In this document: positions 34,160 through 41,373 of the stretch, in pieces
How positions within the stretch are numbered: the stretch's first letter is position 1
How the letters are laid out: each line of letters begins with the position of its first letter
Translations under genes and position numbers: made by a program
Origin: a virus
Strand: one strand, 5' to 3'
Length of the DNA stretch: 58,206 nt
Virus record (IMG/VR): IMGVR_UViG_3300045988_060089
Notes under the pieces: generated by a model
Told to the model about the DNA's origin: nothing
The model's input: only the letters and a program-made list of their open reading frames with translations
Databases searched by the model: none

Positions 34160-34528
34160 ATGAGAAAGAATGAATTATTAGAAGCAATCAACAACAGCAA
34201 GGCAAGAAGCGCATGGAATAAAGGTGTAAAGATCTATGCTTATGAGCTTGTAGAAGCTCTGGAAGTTGAAGAGATCCCGCAGGACAAAACAGAGTTAAAA
34301 AGCCTTTTACTTAATGGCGCCGCTGACTGGAAACAGTACAGTTGGGGCGGCTACTCTCTGATTTATGATTGTGACATTGCCGAACGTCTCTGTTGCCCGT
34401 CTGAGTTAAAAAAGGTTTGCGGCGGCGAGAACAAACCAAACAGATCCGAGGAATGGTTAGACACACAGGCAAGAGCATTAAGCCATTCTTTTGATATAAT
34501 TTATCATATTGTTAAATTTAGCAAGTAA
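34160..34528 (+). CDS. Hypothetical protein of a family I recall from conjugative elements and plasmids
   Basis: ORF track; LLNGAADWKQYSWGGYSLIYDCDIAERLCCPSELKK. Confidence 0.6.
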   Translation: MRKNELLEAINNSKARSAWNKGVKIYAYELVEALEVEEIPQDKTELKSLLLNGAADWKQYSWGGYSLIYDCDIAERLCCPSELKKVCGGENKPNRSEEWLDTQARALSHSFDIIYHIVKFSK

Positions 34529-34609
34529 GACAGGCTTACACCGGGGATCGTGCCCCGGCTTGCTTTTACCCGGAAACGGGAAAAATTGAAAATATGGAGG
34601 AATAGGAAC

Positions 34610-34804
34610 ATGACAAGAATTGAAAAAATGCGAAAAGATGGATACCCAAATATCATAAAAGGGAACGGAGGTTTTAGAGCGTATTTGAAAGATATGCAAC
34701 CTTTAGGCGGTGGAGATTATATGGCTATATATCGCTATCCCGGCGGGGAATGCTGTCATAGCCTGGAAGAAATACAAAAATGCTTTGAAATCATCGAACA
34801 ATAG
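34610..34804 (+). CDS. Hypothetical protein
   Basis: ggaggaataggaac SD before MTRIEKMRKDGY. Confidence 0.55.
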   Translation: MTRIEKMRKDGYPNIIKGNGGFRAYLKDMQPLGGGDYMAIYRYPGGECCHSLEEIQKCFEIIEQ

Positions 34805-34820
34805 CCGCCGCAGAGGATGC

Positions 34821-34848
34821 CCGCCGGATCACTACCGGCGGCGGTTTT
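34821..34848 (+). terminator. Rho-independent terminator
   Basis: ccgccgg-atcacta-ccggcgg then cggtttt. Confidence 0.65.
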
Positions 34849-34892
34849 ATGGGTGGAATTTGCACAAAAATTAAAAATAGGAGGTTGCCAGG

Positions 34893-35009
34893 ATGAAAGA
34901 AAAGAACCTTGAAAGACTTTACAAGCTGTTAGAGTGTGCGGAACGAGAACACGACACAGAGACAGCCGCCGCCCTGCGGTGGGCAATTTTTGAACTTGAA
35001 AACAGATAA
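34893..35009 (+). CDS. Small hypothetical protein (38 aa)
   Basis: aggaggttgccagg SD before the ATG. MKEKNLERLYKLLECAEREHDTETAAALRWAIFELENR; followed by a terminator. Confidence 0.45.
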   Translation: MKEKNLERLYKLLECAEREHDTETAAALRWAIFELENR

Positions 35010-35034
35010 AAGACGGCTTACAACCGTCTTTTTG
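35010..35034 (+). terminator. Rho-independent terminator
   Basis: aagacgg-cttacaa-ccgtctt-tttg. Confidence 0.75.
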
Positions 35035-35120
35035 TCGTGTTCAGTGGGATCTGATGCCGCCTGGCGGTCTATTTGTGTTACTCTTCCACCGGATCCGGTC
35101 AGATCCTGCACCCGGATATA

Positions 35121-35150
35121 TTGACGGCTTGCGCTGTATTGGTGTACAAT
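35121..35150 (+). promoter_or_regulatory. Sigma70-type promoter
   Basis: TTGACG (35121-26), 18 nt, TACAAT (35145-50), 27 nt before the ATG at 35178. Confidence 0.55.
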
Positions 35151-35177
35151 CAAATATTACAAAGGGGATTATACAAA

Positions 35178-35372
35178 ATGCGAAAAGTGGGAATTGGTCA
35201 TGTATATGACATCATGGAAAGCGTATCGGATGCCGGGGAACGGTTGGAAATAGTTATACGGGTTGAGACTGCCGCCGGTGGTCTGTCTCCGAAATCTGCG
35301 GAGCTGTTGCGGTCTGCGTATGATTCTATGCTTTCGGCAGTCGGAGACCTTGCGAAAGCTGCGACACGGTGA
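35178..35372 (+). CDS. Small hypothetical protein (64 aa, GC-rich)
   Basis: aaagggg SD before MRKVGIGHVYDIMES. Confidence 0.5.
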   Translation: MRKVGIGHVYDIMESVSDAGERLEIVIRVETAAGGLSPKSAELLRSAYDSMLSAVGDLAKAATR

Positions 35373-35399
35373 ACGGGTGACAGGTCCAGGGATTGCACT

Positions 35400-35590
35400 G
35401 CAGAAACGAAAAATGTTCCATGCCCTGAAACGGTCTGAAAAAATCTGCGAAAAAACTCTGAAAACGGATTTTTCAGCTTGAAAAGTGCTACCCAGGGGGG
35501 ATTTAAAATTTTTAGCACGAAAATTGTAGAAAAATTTTTCTTTCAAAAACCTCTGAAAATGAGATTTTCGGTTGAAAATGCAGACCTACG
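35400..35590. repeat. Array of (T)CTGAAAA-type motifs with helically phased A-tracts; non-coding
   Basis: cctgaaacgg, tctgaaaaaatc, tgcgaaaaaac, tctgaaaacgg, atttttcag, ttgaaaagtg, tctgaaaatgag, ttgaaaatgcag. Spacing 10-12 bp in 35427-35481. Confidence 0.75.
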
Positions 35591-35706
35591 GGGGTATCAA
35601 AATAAACACATTAAAATTTTTTCAATACTTCACATCTATTTATCGACAGAATACCACAAATGTGTTAAAATTTTATAAAATTCAAAATGAAAGGGGTAAT
35701 TACTCT

Positions 35707-36447
35707 ATGAAACAAAGTGGTTTAGGAATTGCTTCGATGATTTTAGGAATCATCAGTATTTTGACAGCTTGTATAGCTTTCGGAATTGTGCCGGGAATTA
35801 TAGGTGCTGTTCTTGCTATCATTGCACTATGTCAGAAAGACAAGAAACACGGCACTGCTATCGCAGGACTGACTTGCTCTATTATCGGAATTATTATTTT
35901 TGCCATTATGGCATTGTTTGTAAATAGTGTATCCGATAGTAACAAGGAATCTACCGGCACACAGGCATCTGTTTCTGCAATACAAGAAAGTTCTACCGCA
36001 GTATCAGAAAGTACACCGGAATCAAAGGTTGAAGAGGTAGAAGCACCCAGTGGTACTGTTATTTCTCCCGGTTACACATTCGATGCGGACGGCTTGCAAG
36101 TCACTATTAATGATTTTGACCTTGACTACACTGATTATGAGGATGAATACGGTTGGAACGCTCCTGCTGATGGAACAAAATACATTATGATTGATGTTTC
36201 CTATCAGAACAACAGTAAAGATGATAAGTATGTAAGCATCTACGATTTCCAGTGCTACGCAGACGATACAGATTGTGAGCAGAATTACAGTGTTGTTGAT
36301 AGTTCTTCGTTGAATGCGAATCTTTCAAGCGGAAGAAAAACATCTTACAAGATTGCATTTGTAGTTCCGCAAGATGCGCAGAGCATTGAACTGGAATATG
36401 AAACAAGCATTTGGACTGGAAACAAAGAAGTACTCAAATTACAATAG
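35707..36447 (+). CDS. Membrane protein: N-terminal multi-TM (DUF4190-like) plus DUF4352-like extracellular domain
   Basis: GLGIASMILGIISILTACIAFGIVPGIIGAVLAIIAL..; Ser/Thr linker. C-terminal YIMIDVSYQNNSKDDKYVSIYDF..KIAFVVPQDAQSIELEYE. Confidence 0.7.
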   Translation: MKQSGLGIASMILGIISILTACIAFGIVPGIIGAVLAIIALCQKDKKHGTAIAGLTCSIIGIIIFAIMALFVNSVSDSNKESTGTQASVSAIQESSTAVSESTPESKVEEVEAPSGTVISPGYTFDADGLQVTINDFDLDYTDYEDEYGWNAPADGTKYIMIDVSYQNNSKDDKYVSIYDFQCYADDTDCEQNYSVVDSSSLNANLSSGRKTSYKIAFVVPQDAQSIELEYETSIWTGNKEVLKLQ

Positions 36448-36461
36448 AATATAGAATTTTA

Positions 36462-36490
36462 AGGGCATCCGAAAGGGTGCTCTTATTTTT
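36462..36490 (+). terminator. Rho-independent terminator
   Basis: agggcatcc-gaaa-gggtgctct then tattttt. Confidence 0.7.
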
Positions 36491-36493
36491 ATG

Positions 36494-36522
36494 TTGCGAA
36501 CCTACGTTCTGCATGATATAAT
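36494..36522 (+). promoter_or_regulatory. Strong sigma70-type promoter with extended -10
   Basis: TTGCGA (36494-99), 17 nt, TGaTATAAT (-10 at 36517-22). Confidence 0.65.
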
Positions 36523-36715
36523 ATGTGTCAGTTAGGAAGTCTTGCACTACGTCCGGAGAGTGAAAGCTGATTATACAGCCTAGATTGTAACCAAGACCCG
36601 GAATAAAGACAGACCAAAAAAAGATTGGAAGTTCGCTACTCCAACAGTAACAGGGGTAGTGGGCTTATTTTTATGCTCTTCTGCCCCATGACAATGTATT
36701 TGTTGGAGGTAGAAA

Positions 36716-37363
36716 ATGTTAGTTGAAATCAAAACAGTAAACAAAGAAGAAGTAACCGTTGTAACAAGCCTTGATGTTGCGGAAACGTTTGGAAAAGAGC
36801 ATAAACGTGTCATGCAGGACATAAGAGAACTTGATTGTAGTGAAGAATTTAGAGAGCACAATTTCGTGCCTATCTCTTATACAGATAGTATTAACAGGAA
36901 AAAACCTATGTTTGTTATGACAAGAGACGGCTTTACTCTTCTTGCTATGGGATACACTGGTGAAAAAGCAATGCAGTTCAAGGAAGCCTATATTAAGCAA
37001 TTCAACGCAATGGAAAAAGCTCTTATTGGCAAAATACGGGAACGTGAAAAAGGAATTGGTGTCCGCAGGGTACTTACGGATAGTTTGCAGAGGACTTCCG
37101 AAAATGAACGGATGCACGGTCATGCATACTCTACCTACACCGATTTGATTTATAAATCAGTATTCGGAAAAACCGCAAAGCAATTACGGCTTGACCTTAA
37201 TATTGGCAACAAAGAAAACATCCGGGATTATCTGACCGAGGAAGAACTACTGTTAGTTCAGAATGCAGAAATGCTTGTAAGTTCACTGGTTGGATACGGT
37301 TGGGGATACGGAGAAATTAAGGAATTTTTGGAAAATAAGTCGGTGAATAAACTGGTCGGATGA
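36716..37363 (+). CDS. Rha family phage regulatory protein
   Basis: VTSLDVAETFGKEHKRVMQDIREL..FVMTRDGFTLLAMGYTGEKAMQFKEAYIKQFNAME is the Phage_pRha signature. Confidence 0.8.
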   Translation: MLVEIKTVNKEEVTVVTSLDVAETFGKEHKRVMQDIRELDCSEEFREHNFVPISYTDSINRKKPMFVMTRDGFTLLAMGYTGEKAMQFKEAYIKQFNAMEKALIGKIREREKGIGVRRVLTDSLQRTSENERMHGHAYSTYTDLIYKSVFGKTAKQLRLDLNIGNKENIRDYLTEEELLLVQNAEMLVSSLVGYGWGYGEIKEFLENKSVNKLVG

Positions 37364-37371
37364 TAGACGCC

Positions 37372-37402
37372 CTAGATTCAATCTAGTGCATTTTTATTTT
37401 TT
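37372..37402 (+). terminator. Rho-independent terminator
   Basis: ctagat-tca-atctag then tgcatttttatttttt. Confidence 0.6.
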
Positions 37403-37412
37403 GAAAAAATGC

Positions 37413-37454
37413 TTGACTTGTATCTCGAAACATTATATAATGTATCTCGAAACA
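37413..37454 (+). promoter_or_regulatory. Consensus-like promoter bracketed by two identical 14-bp direct repeats (operators)
   Basis: TTGACT (37413-18), 17 nt, TATAAT (37436-41). TGTATCTCGAAACA at 37419-32 and 37441-54. Confidence 0.7.
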
Positions 37455-37459
37455 AGGAG

Positions 37460-37642
37460 GTGATACCCATAGCACCTAAAAGCAGAGCCGATTACTTCAA
37501 AGAGCGAAGAAAGAAAACAAAAAATTTTAGTGTTGAAATCGAAAAGGAAAAGTTTGAGAAGTTAGAGGAAAAACTTTCCCAAAAAGGATTGACTAAAACG
37601 AAATGGTTTAACGAAAAAGTTGATGAAGAAATCGGAAACTAA
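37460..37642 (+). CDS. Small basic/acidic helical protein; start codon uncertain (GTG 37460 or ATA 37469)
   Basis: The track ATG (37409) lies upstream of the promoter. aaggagg at 37454-60. ..APKSRADYFKERRKKTKNFSVEIEKEKFEKLEEKL. Confidence 0.45.
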   Translation: MIPIAPKSRADYFKERRKKTKNFSVEIEKEKFEKLEEKLSQKGLTKTKWFNEKVDEEIGN

Positions 37643-37766
37643 AAAAGAAGGAGCAGCCATACCCGCAAAGTAACCGGCTGCTCCTTTACCCCAAAAGGAT
37701 TATGTAAATTATAGCACTGCATCTTCCTTTTGGCAAATTATTTTTGATTAAATGGAGGAGCTGAAA

Positions 37767-37871
37767 ATGAGAGAAGAACTTATCAAAAAAATTATCTGTA
37801 ACCTTGAAAATACCAGCATTCATTTCCTCAAATGCATATTGGCATATACAAATATACTTTGTGATAGATAA
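37767..37871 (+). CDS. Small hypothetical protein (34 aa), paralogue of 6727-6834
   Basis: ggaggagctgaaa SD before the ATG. MREELIKKIICNLENTSIHFLKCILAYTNILCDR. Confidence 0.4.
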   Translation: MREELIKKIICNLENTSIHFLKCILAYTNILCDR

Positions 37872-37889
37872 AAAGAAAGGAAAAATAAT

Positions 37890-38567
37890 ATGGAAAATAT
37901 TGTAAACGTTGAAGGAACAGAGTTAGATGTCAGAGAATACAATGGTCAGATGGTTGTTACTTTTGACGATATCGACCTTGTTCATAAAAGACCAAGTGGA
38001 ACGGCTAGAAAAGCGTTTAATAGAAACAAAAAGCGCTTTATAAATGGCGTTGATTATATTGTTTTGGAAAAAGAAAATTCTAATGTCCACCGGGTGGACA
38101 TTAGAAATATTGATATTCCAAACAGAGGTATTACTGTATTCACCGAAAGCGGATACCTTATGCTTGTAAAACCATTTAAGGATGATTTATCATGGAAAGT
38201 TCAGAGGAGCCTTGTCAATGCTTATTTTGCATTAAGAAATCAACATCCAGCACCTACTTCCACCACAGCAATCGAGGAAAAGCCGACATTAGAGTTTGAA
38301 ACAGACTGGTTCTGCATCAACCGTGGCAAAATCAACTACATCTGCCGTTGCTACGACATTACATCAAAGGAATATATGCACCACTTACTTGAAGTTTTGG
38401 GAAGAACGTATAATTTTGATGAAGCAAAGAGAATTTACAGCGCAACGACCGGAAACTGGAAATGCAGAAATTCCGAAGTAATCACCTACTTCCCACAGCT
38501 TTCAGAACTTGCATCTAAAATTCTTCAGCAAGATGTTGATAACTGTGCAACAGAAGAGACCCCATAA
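37890..38567 (+). CDS. ORF6N-domain antirepressor-like protein
   Basis: ELDVREYNGQMVVTFDDIDLVHKRPSGTARKAFNRNKKRFINGVDYIVL fits the ORF6N/KilA-N-type N-terminal domain. Confidence 0.65.
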   Translation: MENIVNVEGTELDVREYNGQMVVTFDDIDLVHKRPSGTARKAFNRNKKRFINGVDYIVLEKENSNVHRVDIRNIDIPNRGITVFTESGYLMLVKPFKDDLSWKVQRSLVNAYFALRNQHPAPTSTTAIEEKPTLEFETDWFCINRGKINYICRCYDITSKEYMHHLLEVLGRTYNFDEAKRIYSATTGNWKCRNSEVITYFPQLSELASKILQQDVDNCATEETP

Positions 38568-38581
38568 AAAGGGGTCTTTTC
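38557..38581 (+). terminator. Rho-independent terminator
   Basis: agacccc-ataaaaa-ggggtct-tttc. Confidence 0.75.
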
Positions 38582-38748
38582 TATGCCATTCTTTTATTCG
38601 ACGAAATTCGTCGAAAGAAATATTTAAGGGATTATTTTTCCCCTAAAACACATTTTACTGGTATTCTGATTTTGTTAAGCGACACGTTGTCGCTCAATTA
38701 TTCTATTGTATGTTAAACATACGAAGCAAATCTCAATGTGAATGTCGG

Positions 38749-39069
38749 TCACATTGCCATTCCAACAATACCTCTTATCAGTTCATCAGCCAGTGCAAAC
38801 ACTTCTCTTCCGTAGGTAGCCAAAAAGTCGGCAACAATTTCTTCTGTCTGAATATCCATAGTCAAATTGTAGGACAGGCAGAACGCATGGCACAATTCAT
38901 GGCACAGCACACGGTCATAGAAATTGCCATGAATCATATTTGATATGTAAATATCTCTTGTGTTCCTGTCTGTCATGCCAAACGTATATGTACCATCAGA
39001 ACGCATCAGCATAGGGCTGGGACTTCCTACAAGCCTTAAATTCCAGTCCATTCCATTTATCGTGAACAA
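38749..39069 (-). CDS. Minimal HExxH metallopeptidase-like protein
   Basis: TTG start after ggaggtgg. VLCHELCHAF zinc-binding motif; 106 aa. Confidence 0.6.
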   Translation of the reverse strand: MFTINGMDWNLRLVGSPSPMLMRSDGTYTFGMTDRNTRDIYISNMIHGNFYDRVLCHELCHAFCLSYNLTMDIQTEEIVADFLATYGREVFALADELIRGIVGMAM

Positions 39070-39084
39070 CTTACCACCTCCAAC

Positions 39085-39107
39085 ATAAAAGGGGCTAAAT
39101 AAGCCCC
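39085..39107 (-). terminator. Rho-independent terminator (bidirectional shape)
   Basis: The minus strand reads ggggct-tattt-agcccc then ttttatg. Confidence 0.6.
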
Positions 39108-39116
39108 TTAAGTGTT

Positions 39117-39749
39117 TTAACCGATTTTTGTTATCAGTGCAGACAGCTTATTCCGCAGTACCGTCTTTTCTTCCGGTGTTGCATCGTTGATGATCTCCGT
39201 CATGTCGTTTGCAAGTTCGGTCATGTATGTGTTCAGGTCACGGACTTTTGCTTCTTTGTCCTGCTGTGTATTCGCCTTATGCAGTTCCTTATTTTCCATA
39301 TAGGTTCTGCGGCTCATTCCACTTCTGCCCTCTCTTGCATCACGCATACCGGATGAAGAAGTTTCCGTGTAGTACATACGTCCCATGTCTCTGTCCATGT
39401 CACGGTGATACATTTCCGGAGTCATGTGATAATAGGGTGGTTCTTCATAACCTCTGCGGTAGGTTCCACGACCTTTAGGTGCAAATCTGCCGTCAGCATA
39501 GCGGTAATGGTCATAGAACCGTCTTCCACCATCCCCATAACGTTCAAACATTTCCATGTTTTCGTCCGAATCATATTCCTGCATGGTTTTTGTCAGTTCC
39601 CGATAGTACATAGCTTCCGATAAGTCTTTCATCATGTCGATGACCTTCCCCATTTCGCAAGTATCTACTTTGTCAATTCCTTTGTCAAACTGCGTTTTAG
39701 CGCATTCAGAAAGTTTTTCAATCATTTCATGCATTCTTTTAACATCCAT
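39117..39749 (-). CDS. Tyr/Arg/Met/Asp-rich low-complexity protein
   Basis: taggaggtgaaaaatc SD. GGRRFYDHYRYADGRFAPKGRGTYRRGYEEPPYYHMTPEMYHRDMDRDMGRMYY flanked by helical ends. Confidence 0.65.
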   Translation of the reverse strand: MDVKRMHEMIEKLSECAKTQFDKGIDKVDTCEMGKVIDMMKDLSEAMYYRELTKTMQEYDSDENMEMFERYGDGGRRFYDHYRYADGRFAPKGRGTYRRGYEEPPYYHMTPEMYHRDMDRDMGRMYYTETSSSGMRDAREGRSGMSRRTYMENKELHKANTQQDKEAKVRDLNTYMTELANDMTEIINDATPEEKTVLRNKLSALITKIG

Positions 39750-39762
39750 GATTTTTCACCTC

Positions 39763-40185
39763 CTACGCTTCACGAACGGCAATCAAATTGCTGTTCTGCA
39801 CTTCAATAGCTTGCGTAGAAGTGTTCTGAACGGCTACCGTACTGCAGCATCCACGAGGAACATCAATGTAAGCCTGTGCAGAAACATTGAAGAAATTCTC
39901 TACTGCTGCCGGAGTTACAATCATTCTTGTGGACTGCAAAGGTTCTCCGTCTACTGCCAGTGCAAGGGAAATTTCCTCAACAGTTCCACCAGTGGGAATC
40001 TGAATGTTGCCGGAATAACTTACAAGGAATCTTGCACGACACTGATTAGTGATACCTCTTAACTTCACAATTCCGGATCCCTCTCTATGATTGATACAGT
40101 TACTTCCATTTACGGCAGTTTCGGTAAAAGCAACGTCTGCTCCTGCTGCCACAGTCTGTAATGCTACTGCTGTATATTCAGCCAT
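39763..40185 (-). CDS. All-beta protein, candidate TNF/C1q-like (BclA C-terminal-domain-like) fold
   Basis: agagagg SD. Alternating pattern ALQTVAAGADVAFTE..SGIVKLRG..RFLVSYSGNIQ..ISLALAVDGEPL..AQAYIDV..TVAVQNTS..IEVQNSNLIAV. Confidence 0.45.
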   Translation of the reverse strand: MAEYTAVALQTVAAGADVAFTETAVNGSNCINHREGSGIVKLRGITNQCRARFLVSYSGNIQIPTGGTVEEISLALAVDGEPLQSTRMIVTPAAVENFFNVSAQAYIDVPRGCCSTVAVQNTSTQAIEVQNSNLIAVREA

Positions 40186-40200
40186 AATAAAACCTCTCTT

Positions 40201-40235
40201 TCAAAATCAAAGGGGCAAACCATATAGTCTGCCCC
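40201..40235 (-). terminator. Rho-independent terminator within the cargo block
   Basis: The minus strand reads ggggca-gactatatggtt-tgcccc then tttgattttg. Confidence 0.65.
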
Positions 40236-40297
40236 ATGTTGTCAGTAATTCTGCATAGCAGACATAACCTTAAGGTTAAGTTACTCGATATGCAGTT

Positions 40298-41080
40298 TTA
40301 GCATCCGCAACCAGTGTTGCAACCACATCCGCATCCGTAATATACATTAGGGTTGGGAACCTGGTATGCCGGGATGGGCGCAGGATTCACAGCGTTGATG
40401 ATCTGCTGTGTCTGTGCACTCATGGCAGTAGTCAGAAGAGCATTCTGACGATCCTGAGAAGCGGCTCTGCGCAGATCGTTGTTCTCTGCCTGCAGAGTAG
40501 CGATCTTATCCTGACATAAGTAGTCAAGGATTGCTCTTGTACCGGCGTTCTGGCTGTCGATAATATCACGAGTGTTGTTATTCATGGTGTTCTGCAATGC
40601 GCAAGTATTCGTTGCCATATTGTAGTTTACACCCTGGATAGCTTCACGGGTATCGCAGCAGCACTGTGCTAACTGTGCCTGTAAAGCGTTAGCATTCTGC
40701 ATTCCTGCTACGGTGTCTGCATTGATAGCCTGTTGGATGCCATAGCCAGTCTGTAAAATGTTGGTATTTACGCCATTAAATCCGGTAAGCATACCATTGT
40801 TTACAGCGTAGAATCCGTCACACAGACCGTTGTTGATTCCGTCCAGTTTACCGATGATAGACTGGGTGTCGAACCCTCTTTGCAGTGCAGAATCGGTATA
40901 GTAACTGGAATTAGAGCCATTACCGCCCCATCCATTACCGCCCCAACCTCCAAAAATCGCAAAAATTACGACTATGAACCAGAGCCATCCACCGTCACCA
41001 AATGCACCATTATTTCCGTAGCCATTTCCGGCAGCCGGAATAACAGGCATGGTAAAAGGACTGTTGTTTGTTTCAAACAT
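40298..41080 (-). CDS. Gly/Trp-flanked single-TM protein with Gln/Asn-rich helical body and Cys-Gly C-terminal tail
   Basis: ggaggtaatctaat SD. GDGGWLWFIVVIFAIFGGWGGNGWGGNG; LAQCCCDTREA; ends VYYGCGCGCNTGCGC. Confidence 0.65.
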   Translation of the reverse strand: MFETNNSPFTMPVIPAAGNGYGNNGAFGDGGWLWFIVVIFAIFGGWGGNGWGGNGSNSSYYTDSALQRGFDTQSIIGKLDGINNGLCDGFYAVNNGMLTGFNGVNTNILQTGYGIQQAINADTVAGMQNANALQAQLAQCCCDTREAIQGVNYNMATNTCALQNTMNNNTRDIIDSQNAGTRAILDYLCQDKIATLQAENNDLRRAASQDRQNALLTTAMSAQTQQIINAVNPAPIPAYQVPNPNVYYGCGCGCNTGCGC

Positions 41081-41151
41081 ATTAGATTACCTCCATAATT
41101 TTATTCATAAAGAGGTCTCCCGGGTTTTGTGCACAAACCTCTAATATGCTG

Positions 41152-41373
41152 TTAAAAAGGAAACTGACTTTTTATCTGTCTTATTACATCATCAGGATTT
41201 ATACCTTTCGTTTTGCAGATGTTTCTCGCAAGATTTTCTACTCCTTGGAAATCACCTTTTTGAGCCATCCCATAAGCGTTTTTTACCATGTCGTTAGACA
41301 TGATCTGGCTGTTCCCCATCATATTTTGTATAAACTGTTGCGGATTCCCCATTGACTTAAGCATCTGCATCAT
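41152..41373 (-). CDS. Met/Gln/Asn-rich small protein (start uncertain)
   Basis: ORF track; MMQMLKSMGNPQQFIQNMMGNSQIMSNDMVKN. Confidence 0.5.
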   Translation of the reverse strand: MMQMLKSMGNPQQFIQNMMGNSQIMSNDMVKNAYGMAQKGDFQGVENLARNICKTKGINPDDVIRQIKSQFPF

